A DNA stretch of 64,000 nucleotides from Chrysiogenia bacterium (lineage in GTDB: Bacteria > JAGRBM01). Positions 40,372-49,049 of the stretch are shown piece after piece; positions within the stretch are counted from its first letter, which is position 1, and each line of letters starts with the position of its first letter. Location: positions 1,246-65,245 of the forward strand of contig JAGRBM010000286.1 in the NCBI GenBank assembly GCA_020434085.1, read 5' to 3'. Below the pieces are notes generated by a model, which worked only from the letters and a program-made list of their open reading frames with translations, had not been told where the DNA came from and did no database searches. The position numbers and the translations under genes are program-made.

Positions 40372-41568
40372 GTGGCAAAGCACAGAACATCAATCCGCGG
40401 GCAGGCAGCCATCGTCGGCGCGCATGATATCGTCTCACCTACCGGGAAGCTCGATGGAACCGAGAGACAGCTGGAAGTTCGGGCGATTCGCGCCGCGCTG
40501 GACGATGCGGGTCTGAAGCTGAGTGACGTGGATGGGTTGCTCTGCACCGGCATGATGATGCCTTCCATGGATCTCGCAGAACATCTCGGGATCCAACCTC
40601 GGTACACCGATACCACGATGACCGGAGGTTCGAGTTTTGAGGTAATGGTCGAGCACGCCGCTCTGGCCATCACCTGCGGGCTTTGCGAGGTTGCCATCAT
40701 CGTCTATGCAGCAACCCCGCGTGCCAAGGGCGGCGGGCGAAAGTACGCCGCGATGATGCAGGCAATGATGGAACCGGGAAACCCACCGCCCATGGCGGAG
40801 TGGGAATTGCCATACGGCCTGCTGAGTCCGTCCGGAGCGTACGCGCTTGCCGCAAGCAGGCACATGCATGTTTATGGCACGACTCCGGAACAACTTGCTC
40901 AGATCGCCGTTTCGACACGGCAATGGGCGAGCATGAACAAGAATGCAAGATATCAGGAGCCGATCACCATTGATGACGTCCTGGCATCCCCCTACGTAGC
41001 AGAACCTTTACATCGCCTTGATTGTTGCCTTGTTACAGACGGTGCCGGTGCAATTGTCATGACTTCGGCCGAGCGTGCGAAGGATTTGAGGAAACCGCCG
41101 GTGTACGTTCTCGGTGCGGCAACCCACCATGACCACGCCATGATGATCGCACAGATGCCCGATCTGACACGGACCGCCGGAGCTGTCTCCGGGCCGCGAG
41201 CGTTCGAGATGGCCGGGATCACCCCCAGGGACGTCGATGTTTTCGAGGGATATGATTCCTTTACGATTACCTTGCTTTTGCACCTCGAAGATCTGGGATT
41301 TTGCCCGAAGGGCGAAGGCGGTCGGTTTGTCGAAGGAAATCGACTCGGCCCCGGAGGGTCACTACCCACCAATACCAACGGCGGAGGACTCTCATACACC
41401 CATCCAGGAATGTATGGAATGTTCCTGCTTGTCGAGGCGACAAGACAGCTGCGTGGCGAATGCAACGACCGCCAGGTCTCTGATGCTGAAATTGCCGTAG
41501 CTCACGGATGTGGCGGCATCCTTTCATCAACGGGGACGATTGTTCTTGGAACGGAGGGCACGCTTTGA
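40372..41568 (+). CDS. SCP-x / nsLTP-type thiolase (thiolase-like protein)
   Basis: 398 aa; thiolase fold with a C-terminal HGCGG-like region; paired with the downstream DUF35 protein, as in SCP-x/Ltp systems. Confidence 0.75.
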   Translation: MAKHRTSIRGQAAIVGAHDIVSPTGKLDGTERQLEVRAIRAALDDAGLKLSDVDGLLCTGMMMPSMDLAEHLGIQPRYTDTTMTGGSSFEVMVEHAALAITCGLCEVAIIVYAATPRAKGGGRKYAAMMQAMMEPGNPPPMAEWELPYGLLSPSGAYALAASRHMHVYGTTPEQLAQIAVSTRQWASMNKNARYQEPITIDDVLASPYVAEPLHRLDCCLVTDGAGAIVMTSAERAKDLRKPPVYVLGAATHHDHAMMIAQMPDLTRTAGAVSGPRAFEMAGITPRDVDVFEGYDSFTITLLLHLEDLGFCPKGEGGRFVEGNRLGPGGSLPTNTNGGGLSYTHPGMYGMFLLVEATRQLRGECNDRQVSDAEIAVAHGCGGILSSTGTIVLGTEGTL

Positions 41569-41576
41569 GCGGACGA

Positions 41577-41978
41577 ATGTCAGTCGGGACGTCCGGGACG
41601 GGTACCCCCTTTTGGGATGCCACCCGGGAAAAGCGCCTTGTTTTGCAATGGTGCAAGGCTTGCGACCGCGCAATTTTCTACCCACGAGATTTCTGCCCGA
41701 ATTGCTTGGGGGAGGAACTGGTCTGGGAAGACGCGAAAGGCACCGGAGTTGTTTATGCCCTTAGCGTCATGCACAAGCCCGGCAATCCTCTAATGGCCCA
41801 GAGAGTTCCATATATCGTCGCGATCATCGAGCTTGCCGAGGGCGTACGTATGCTGTCGACAGTCGTGGGCGACGGACGGATCACTGCAAAGGTAGGCGAT
41901 AAGGTACGGGTTTCCTGGGAAGATCTCAATGATGGTCGCTATCTTCCGGTGTTCGAACTAATCGCTCGGACATCCTGA
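41577..41978 (+). CDS. DUF35 OB-fold / zinc-ribbon protein (thiolase partner)
   Basis: CKACDRAIFYPRDFCPNC zinc ribbon followed by an OB-fold; ATG at 41577, 9 nt after the thiolase stop. Confidence 0.7.
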   Translation: MSVGTSGTGTPFWDATREKRLVLQWCKACDRAIFYPRDFCPNCLGEELVWEDAKGTGVVYALSVMHKPGNPLMAQRVPYIVAIIELAEGVRMLSTVVGDGRITAKVGDKVRVSWEDLNDGRYLPVFELIARTS

Positions 41979-41992
41979 TCAGAGGATATCCC

Positions 41993-43411
41993 ATGCTTCA
42001 TAACCGTGTCATCCGCAGCGTTGTTTCCGTCCTGTTTTTCACCCGTATCCTGATGAGCTACGTCTGGTTCGGGATGGTTACTCAGAAGCGCATTCCCAGA
42101 GGCCAGGGCATGCGACGCAGGGCTTTGGAATCACTGCACGAGATCAATGCAAAGAGAATGTATGGCTATTTTGTTCGCCTGAAGGGCGTATATATCAAAA
42201 TCGGCCAATTCCTCTCCACCCAGGCCGCTTTCTTGCCTCCGGCCTATCTCATTGAAATGGTCAAGATGCAGGATCAAAACCCGATCGCTCATGAGTCGGC
42301 AATTCGCACGCGAATTGTGGAGGAGTTCGGTGCACAACCAGAAGAGATCTTCGCCCGATTTGACGCCGCACCTTTGGCTTGCGCCTCGATCGGGCAGGTT
42401 CACCGTGTTCGACTCAAGGATGGGCGCCAGGCGGTTCTAAAGGTGAAATATCCCGGCATCGACCGGTTCTTTTTTGCAGACCAGAAAGTCGTAAAGCTGA
42501 TGCTGCCCTGGTTTATTCGGATTCTTGAATACGGCCTTTATCAGGAGTCCACCGGCATCAATTACAACGCGCTGATCGACGAATTCGTCAAATACATCAG
42601 CAAAGAGTTGGATTATCGCAACGAAGTACTCAATCAGGAGAGGATGTACGAACAGTTGGAGGGAATGCGCAACAGGCGTATGGTGGCCATTCCACGGCTC
42701 TACAAGGAGTATTGCCGTGACTCCATCATCTGCATGGAGTTCATTGATGCCCTGAAAATAGTGCCGTGGTATACGAACCCCAAAGTCCCCAATCAGAAGA
42801 AAGACTGGATTTTTCGGTGCATGGTCGAGTGCCTGTTCTATACCATTGCGTACCACGGCTTCTTTCAGGCTGACACGCATCCTGGCAATTTTATGGTGCT
42901 GGATGACGATCCGGAGAATCCCGATGTCCCAGCGACACTGGTGATGCTGGATTTCGGGTGCACCAAGGATTTCCCGGAAGGATTCCGCCTCGGGGTTGTC
43001 GAAGTCGTCAATGGATATCTGACGAAGATGCCCGAGAAGATCACTGCCGCGCTGTGGAAACAGGGATTTCGCACCAAGTTACAGACACTCGAATCCCTCG
43101 AATTGTGGGTAACCCAAGGCGTCGGAGTTACAGACGAGATTCTCGGATTCTTTCGGGACGGCACCGATATCGTCGAACACTTGCGCCACAACCTCGCCGA
43201 AATGGCTTCTGAATTTCTTGAACTTCACGACGCTCACCGGATCGCTGCAGTCCCGGAGCATTACGCATTGCTCGCACGCGTGATCGCTACGGCACCGGTT
43301 CCGCTTGAGGAATACATGCCGCGGGTGGATTTCCTGCCGATTGCGCTCACATATGTCAGCGTACTTGCAAGCAAGGCACGCGAGGACTCGCCTCGAGCGG
43401 CCGCATCATAG
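41993..43411 (+). CDS. ABC1/UbiB (Coq8-like) atypical protein kinase
   Basis: IKIGQFLST, ASIGQVHRVRL (Lys region), HADTHPGNFMV catalytic motif. Confidence 0.8.
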   Translation: MLHNRVIRSVVSVLFFTRILMSYVWFGMVTQKRIPRGQGMRRRALESLHEINAKRMYGYFVRLKGVYIKIGQFLSTQAAFLPPAYLIEMVKMQDQNPIAHESAIRTRIVEEFGAQPEEIFARFDAAPLACASIGQVHRVRLKDGRQAVLKVKYPGIDRFFFADQKVVKLMLPWFIRILEYGLYQESTGINYNALIDEFVKYISKELDYRNEVLNQERMYEQLEGMRNRRMVAIPRLYKEYCRDSIICMEFIDALKIVPWYTNPKVPNQKKDWIFRCMVECLFYTIAYHGFFQADTHPGNFMVLDDDPENPDVPATLVMLDFGCTKDFPEGFRLGVVEVVNGYLTKMPEKITAALWKQGFRTKLQTLESLELWVTQGVGVTDEILGFFRDGTDIVEHLRHNLAEMASEFLELHDAHRIAAVPEHYALLARVIATAPVPLEEYMPRVDFLPIALTYVSVLASKAREDSPRAAAS

Positions 43412-43486
43412 CTCATGATACTCCGGCTGGGACCGCCGGGAGTTTGACCATGAATACCAAGCGAACATGCAGGGAGATATAGGCCG

Positions 43487-44602
43487 ATGAGTACAAAGAA
43501 GACCTCGAAAAAGAGTAATAACACCGAGAAAAGACGAGCTTCTACCAAAACGGGCAAACCCGTCGGTTCGCAGCGGGTTCGTGGCAAAACGCTGGTGACC
43601 GGCGCCGCCGGTTTTATCGGCTCTCATGTCGTACGTGAGTTGCTCAAAGAGGGCAGAGAAGTCCGCGCCTTGGTAATGCCCGGAGAGAATCGAAAAAACC
43701 TGGAAGCACTGGATGTCGAAATCGTAGAGGGAAATCTTCTAGAGCCCTCCACTCTCAAACCGGCTGTAACGGGCTGCTCGCGCATTCACCATTTGGCCGC
43801 CATTTATGCGATCTGGCTCCCGCGACGAGAGAAGATGTTCGAAGTCAACTGCATCGGCTCGTTGAACCTTCTCTGGGAAGCCTATCATCAGTCGGTCGAA
43901 AAACTCGTCTTTACATCGTCGATCGCGGCAGTAGGCATCAAGCCCGGCAAGACGCCCGCAAAGGAGGACGACCGATTTAACCAGGTGGCTGCGGCAAACG
44001 ATTACGTCAACTCCAAATGGCTTTCTGAAGAGGAGGCGAAGACCTTTGTTCGCCAGGGAATGGACATTTCGTTCTGCAACCCCGGATTTCCCTTTGGCGC
44101 AAGAGACGTCGCGCCGACCCCGACCGGCCAGATATTGCTCGATATCGTGAATGGGAAGAATCGATTCTACTTTGACGCGGGATTTTCCGCAGTGGACGTT
44201 GAAGATGTGGCACGGGGTCACGTACTGGCTGAAAAACACGGAAAGCCTGGTGAACGCTACATCCTTTCAAATCACAATCTGACGTTCAAGGAATTTTACG
44301 ATTTGATTTCCGACGTGAGTGGTGTTCGGCACAAGGCGAGGAAACTCCCGATCCAGTTCGCCGCTCCCCTTGGTGATTGGCTTGAGCGCCGGGCCGATCA
44401 AACAGGCAAACGGCCTGTGCTGACGGGAAGCGGTATTCGCTATGCGAACAACTACCTGTACTTCGATAACTCGAAAGCGCGCAACGAACTGGGCCTGACA
44501 TTCACGCCGATTGAGGACAGCATCAGACGCGCAATTTCATGGTTTGCGGAGAACCGCTACATCACGAACCAGGAGTTTCTTCGGCGCTACCGGAATTGCT
44601 GA
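43487..44602 (+). CDS. NAD-dependent epimerase/dehydratase family (extended SDR)
   Basis: TLVTGAAGFIGSHVV Rossmann motif; 371 aa. Confidence 0.8.
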   Translation: MSTKKTSKKSNNTEKRRASTKTGKPVGSQRVRGKTLVTGAAGFIGSHVVRELLKEGREVRALVMPGENRKNLEALDVEIVEGNLLEPSTLKPAVTGCSRIHHLAAIYAIWLPRREKMFEVNCIGSLNLLWEAYHQSVEKLVFTSSIAAVGIKPGKTPAKEDDRFNQVAAANDYVNSKWLSEEEAKTFVRQGMDISFCNPGFPFGARDVAPTPTGQILLDIVNGKNRFYFDAGFSAVDVEDVARGHVLAEKHGKPGERYILSNHNLTFKEFYDLISDVSGVRHKARKLPIQFAAPLGDWLERRADQTGKRPVLTGSGIRYANNYLYFDNSKARNELGLTFTPIEDSIRRAISWFAENRYITNQEFLRRYRNC

Positions 44603-45524
44603 CCGACGGGCTTTCCAATCGTGCAGCCACGAGCGACTCGAGTGCTGCCCGCTCATCCTGCGAGTACGGGGTCGGGTCCACGGGCTCCAGGAATCGCACC
44701 TGAATGCGCTCCCTACGAAGGATGTGGCTGCCGCGAGGCAGAGCCCGATCGGCGCCGACGATCCGGATCGGGATAATCGGCGCGCGGGCCTCGATGGCCA
44801 AGATGAAAGCGCCGCGTTTCATCGGCAGCAGGCGTCCGTCCCAGCTGCGTGTGCCCTCGGGAGAGACGAGGATGGAAATGCCCCGTTCCCTCACGTCCTG
44901 CGCTGCTTGTGCAATGCTCCCCCGCCACTGATCTTCGTCGTAGCGATCGACGAGGTAGTGCTGTTGCCTTTTCAGCCACTTTCCATAGAGTGGCATCCGA
45001 CTAAGTTCGACGTTATAGAGACTGCGAAACCGGCGGTCGGCTATGGCACCCAGAATCAGATGGTCGAGATGGCTGGTCTGGTTCCACATGAAAATAGCGC
45101 CCGACTCTGCCGGCGGACAGTTCTCCGTTCCCGAGATGGTCAGCTCCACACCGAGTGCACCGAGCAGTTCCCGGCAAATGTAGCGCTCTCGCTCCACACC
45201 CGGCAGGGCATCGCTTGCGCGAAGGATGGCTGGAAATCTGAAGGCTGCCTGCAACCATGCACGAATGGAATGGATACGTTCCATTGCGGAGTAGCCGGGC
45301 GGTTGCCATCCGAGGGGCGGAAGAATGCCTGCATCACGGGCCTCGGCATCGCTCATGCCGACATCCTTTTGCGGCTGCAGGTGCTTCCAGAATTGCCAAG
45401 CGGGAACACTGGCCCGAACGTGATCGGATTTTTTGTCCATCAGAACTCGACGCCGGTACCAATGATCGGGCCATGGAACCGGTATCTCAACTTCCGCCCG
45501 GGGTGCAGATCGCCGGGAGTCCAA
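44562..45524 (-). CDS. Lysophospholipid/1-acylglycerol-3-phosphate acyltransferase family (PlsC-like)
   Basis: NQTSHLD (HxxxxD) and PEGTRS motifs; the true start may be an internal Met; 41-nt convergent overlap with the upstream epimerase. Confidence 0.7.
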   Translation of the reverse strand: MDSRRSAPRAEVEIPVPWPDHWYRRRVLMDKKSDHVRASVPAWQFWKHLQPQKDVGMSDAEARDAGILPPLGWQPPGYSAMERIHSIRAWLQAAFRFPAILRASDALPGVERERYICRELLGALGVELTISGTENCPPAESGAIFMWNQTSHLDHLILGAIADRRFRSLYNVELSRMPLYGKWLKRQQHYLVDRYDEDQWRGSIAQAAQDVRERGISILVSPEGTRSWDGRLLPMKRGAFILAIEARAPIIPIRIVGADRALPRGSHILRRERIQVRFLEPVDPTPYSQDERAALESLVAARLESPSVSNSGSAEETPGS

Positions 45525-45758
45525 TCAAGAGCGTGACCGGTATCCGGCCCAGATACTCGGGCCCGCGCTTTGCATCTCGAATGCATAGCGAATACTGCCC
45601 TTGAGCGTCAAGACAAAACCATCCCCCACCGATCCCTCCGATCAGCGGCAGGGCGCGATTCCAAGATCGATGATCCCATTGGTTACGTGTGCCAACGAGC
45701 CCATCGGCCTGAAGTAGCGGGAATTCGATCTTGAAAGCCGATTGCCGAATCGGCACTA

Positions 45759-45796
45759 TTGATCAACTTAAATTGATTGATGTGTACGGGTATCAA
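45759..45796. promoter_or_regulatory. Cluster of TTGAT/ATCAA inverted and direct repeats (candidate operator array)
   Basis: TTGATCAActtaaaTTGATTGATgtgtacgggtATCAA, AT-rich in a GC-rich genome, upstream of the acyltransferase gene. Confidence 0.3.
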
Positions 45797-46023
45797 CAGT
45801 CTTTCAATTGGGCCTCTCGGTATCGTCCATCGTCGGTGCATTTTGTGCCGCGTGCCAGTGGAACGGTGCCTCAAATGCCTGCGGTCGCGCACGACCTAAC
45901 CGATGAACGGAAGGGCCGTCCGGGGCGAAATCTACAAGGAAGCGGCCATCTCGCAGCGGTTTCCCGGGGGCAATATGACGGCGTTTGACAAAATTCGCCG
46001 AAGCTTATGGCGGTCACCGGTCC

Positions 46024-47466
46024 CTAGACGCTCGGCAGCTCCACCCAAAAGACCGAACCTTCTCCTGGTTCGCTCTCAACCCAAATGCGGCCGCCGTGCA
46101 TTTCGACAAATCTTTTAACAATCGAGAGCCCGAGCCCCGTGCTGAGTGCATTGCCGATCTTTTGGTTTTCGTGCTTGCGCCTGCGGGCAAGTGCCATAGG
46201 ATCAAAGAGAATGGCTTGCACTTCCGGGGGGATGCCGGTTCCGGAATCCCGCACGGCGATCCGCGCCCTACCTTCTGCCACCCGGGCCAACTCCATCGTG
46301 ATGGTACCTCCTTCGGGTGTGTGAATCACGGCATTCTGGACGAGATTTGTAAACGCCTGGACCAGTTTCGATCTGTCGGCGTAAAAAGCGGGATCGGCGC
46401 CGCAATCAACAAATTTGAGCCTGGTGTTCTTGAGCCTGGCATTGGCTGTCTGGGTTGCTTCGACGTCATGGACAAGGTCCCCGTATGAGAAATGGGAGCG
46501 CGAAAGGACGATTTTCCCCCCTTCCAGGCGGGCAGAATCCAGCAGATTCGAGATCAGTTCCAGCATTCTTTGACTTGCGCCATGAATTTCACGGGCATGG
46601 GTAAGAGCGCTCTCACGTGAGCCATCGAGTTCCATCACCAGGAGTTCGCTGTAGCCTCCCACGGATACGAGTATATTTTTGAGATCATGGGAGCACACGG
46701 CAAGCATTTCATTCTTTGTCTGCACGGCGGCCTCCGCCACCCGACGCCGCAGCTCTACTTCGTACGTAAGCAGACCGGCGCAAAACGCGGATCCATAGTT
46801 GATCATATGAGCTACCAGGAGGACTACAATTGGAAATGTCGGAATGCCATAAAATTCATAGGCCGGAAGCCGATGCCCCAGCAGGGGGGAATAGGGAAGA
46901 ACACCGAAATATTCCAAACTCACAATGAGGGCGTAGGCCCCGGAGCACATGGCCGCATACGCAAGACCCCAGAAAAAATTCAAAAACAGGCTGGCAAGCG
47001 TAACGAGCAAAGGATAGAAAACAACCACCACGCTGGTCAGAGAACCGAAGAGATGAATTGCAAAAGTTATAACGAAGACATCGAGAGCCGCAAGCACCGC
47101 GAAGATCGCTCTGGGCGCTACCCTGAAGAGAATGAGGACGATCAGGATCGCGTTTAGAAAGCTGTAGGCACCCGCGATCGGCAGGTAGTCGTAGAACATC
47201 GGCGCCAGCATGGCTGCCATCAGGAAAGAAGAGAGGATAACGATTCTGGCGAAGGCGGCACGGCGGTACCTCTGATAACCCTCGCGCTCGCCGCCAAACA
47301 AAAAGTAGGCATGCCCGAGAACCGAACGCAGTCGCCCGAGATATCTATCGTAGCGTGAGAGGTCCGCCCAGCGCTCAAGACGTCCGAGGTACCCCTCGAT
47401 ATCCTTTTCGAACTCGGCGAATTCGTCAGCTTTTGTGTCGCCTTGGGGCGTTTCCGGTGTCGGCAT
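46024..47466 (-). CDS. Sensor histidine kinase with a multi-TM N-terminal domain (no cognate response regulator nearby)
   Basis: H-box SHDLKNIL; G1 DSGTGIPPE; G2 GLGLSIVKRFVEMHGG; about 6 N-terminal TM helices. Confidence 0.85.
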   Translation of the reverse strand: MPTPETPQGDTKADEFAEFEKDIEGYLGRLERWADLSRYDRYLGRLRSVLGHAYFLFGGEREGYQRYRRAAFARIVILSSFLMAAMLAPMFYDYLPIAGAYSFLNAILIVLILFRVAPRAIFAVLAALDVFVITFAIHLFGSLTSVVVVFYPLLVTLASLFLNFFWGLAYAAMCSGAYALIVSLEYFGVLPYSPLLGHRLPAYEFYGIPTFPIVVLLVAHMINYGSAFCAGLLTYEVELRRRVAEAAVQTKNEMLAVCSHDLKNILVSVGGYSELLVMELDGSRESALTHAREIHGASQRMLELISNLLDSARLEGGKIVLSRSHFSYGDLVHDVEATQTANARLKNTRLKFVDCGADPAFYADRSKLVQAFTNLVQNAVIHTPEGGTITMELARVAEGRARIAVRDSGTGIPPEVQAILFDPMALARRRKHENQKIGNALSTGLGLSIVKRFVEMHGGRIWVESEPGEGSVFWVELPSV

Positions 47467-47477
47467 ACACGCTTAGT

Positions 47478-48536
47478 CTAGCGTGAAGGGGTAGCCTCGA
47501 AAAGATAGTGACGCCCGTCATCATGGCGTCGGACACGGCCTGCCTCTTCCATAACTTCCAGGTTCCCCAGAAGTTCGCAGGTGGCGAGAAAAAGCTGCAT
47601 TCCAAACGCCTTCGGGAAGAGTCTTTCGGCCAGTTGACGCAGGTTGGAGGGGCCCATCTCGCCCAATGCATTCCATATTTTTTTCTGACGTTTATCATAA
47701 AAAAGGAACAGGGAGTCGATAACCGCCTCGTGCCCGGCGAATGGCAGCCCATGTCCCGGGAGGACGCAGGAGAGGTTCAGCTTGCGCACCCGCTCGATCT
47801 GTTCGAAATAACTGGCCAGAGAGCGGAACTTCAGATTGTAGTCCCTTTCTCCCTCGGGGCCCAAATCAATGAGCGGGTTGGGACTGGTTTCCTGAAGCAA
47901 ATGGTCGCTGGAGAAGATCAGCCCCTGATCAGGTTCGTGATAGCAGACGATCTCACGCGTGTGTCCGGGAGTATAAAGAACTTCGAGCACAAAATCCTGG
48001 AATGGAATCCGGTCCCCTTCCTTAACAAGCGTGACATCACCCTGGATGCAGGGGGCCATGGCTCGCATCATTTCCCCGGAGAGCGCCAGCGTGGCGAACA
48101 CCTGTTCGTCCAGACCGAGACGCAAGAAAAATTCTCTATAAACAGGCTTGCGCTGGGCTACCGCGTCCGTATCGTTGAGAGCAAATGAGTCCACGCTGTG
48201 TTCGCCGATGAATACCTGTGCGCCGGAAAGCTGCCTGACGCGTTCCGCGAAACCGAAATGATCGGGATGGGCGTGGGTAATCAGAATTCTCTCAAACTGA
48301 TCCGGCCGATATCCGATGGCTTCAAGGTAATCTACAAAGACCTTCCAGGCTGCAGGGCTGTTGAGGCCGGCGTCAACGAGAGTGAGCGGTTCTTCGATAA
48401 TGTAGCAGTTGACGGTGGGAACGCCCGGAAAATCGAGCGGCGTCCTTACTTGGTGAATCCCGCGAGGCAAATCCACCTTGTGAGCGATCATTGTGCCCCG
48501 ATCCAGTGGTACTTGTTTCTTCTGGCTTGCATCCAC
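47478..48536 (-). CDS. MBL-fold metallo-hydrolase
   Basis: ITHAHPDHFG motif; paralog of 32929..34017. Confidence 0.8.
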   Translation of the reverse strand: MDASQKKQVPLDRGTMIAHKVDLPRGIHQVRTPLDFPGVPTVNCYIIEEPLTLVDAGLNSPAAWKVFVDYLEAIGYRPDQFERILITHAHPDHFGFAERVRQLSGAQVFIGEHSVDSFALNDTDAVAQRKPVYREFFLRLGLDEQVFATLALSGEMMRAMAPCIQGDVTLVKEGDRIPFQDFVLEVLYTPGHTREIVCYHEPDQGLIFSSDHLLQETSPNPLIDLGPEGERDYNLKFRSLASYFEQIERVRKLNLSCVLPGHGLPFAGHEAVIDSLFLFYDKRQKKIWNALGEMGPSNLRQLAERLFPKAFGMQLFLATCELLGNLEVMEEAGRVRRHDDGRHYLFEATPSR

Positions 48537-48547
48537 GTTGTATCGCC

Positions 48548-49045
48548 CTACGCGGCTGATCTACGGTCAATGTATTGTTGGGTCAAATCGGCTTCCCGGT
48601 CATACATGCCAGCCATGCGGGCCATGTAGAATCGCTCGACGGCTCGCCCCACCAGCCGGACTTCACACTCAAACGATCCCTTGAAACGCCGTATCGTCCC
48701 GCCCCGTCCGTCTGGCTCGTAGAGGGTTTTGCCGTTTAGTTTTCCGATCCGGGCTTCCCCCGAAACCGTCTCAATCATCGTCTCCTTATCGAGAACGTAA
48801 TTCATCTCAAAATAGGGTTCGCGATGCTTGAGGGCCCGTTCGATCCAGGCGGGCAAGTGCAGGTCCGGGTAAACTCGAACAATTTTGCGCCGCTGGGTTG
48901 GAGAGTCTTCGTAAACGAGGCGGTCAGATTGGCGAATTGTTCCCAGGTGCTCAATCAGATATCGGCGAAAGCCGCTATCGTCGATCCAATTGACCAACTC
49001 GATGGGGGGGAGGGGAAAACAGTGTCTGAATTCGAATTCCTGCAT
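48548..49045 (-). CDS. SRPBCC-like (DUF2505-type) protein, paralog of 13323..13820
   Basis: 165 aa; shared motifs with 13323..13820; 4-nt gap to the merR-like gene upstream. Confidence 0.5.
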   Translation of the reverse strand: MQEFEFRHCFPLPPIELVNWIDDSGFRRYLIEHLGTIRQSDRLVYEDSPTQRRKIVRVYPDLHLPAWIERALKHREPYFEMNYVLDKETMIETVSGEARIGKLNGKTLYEPDGRGGTIRRFKGSFECEVRLVGRAVERFYMARMAGMYDREADLTQQYIDRRSAA

Positions 49046-49049
49046 GAAT

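Noticed and set aside
41508-41576. Longer N-terminal extension of the DUF35 ORF overlapping the thiolase by 60 nt
   Set aside because: The internal ATG at 41577 gives a canonical DUF35 length (133 aa) and starts 9 nt after the thiolase stop. The extension has no homology-like features.
44511-45536. 341-aa plus-strand ORF
   Set aside because: It is antisense to the PlsC-like acyltransferase, which has the HxxxxD and PEGTR motifs.
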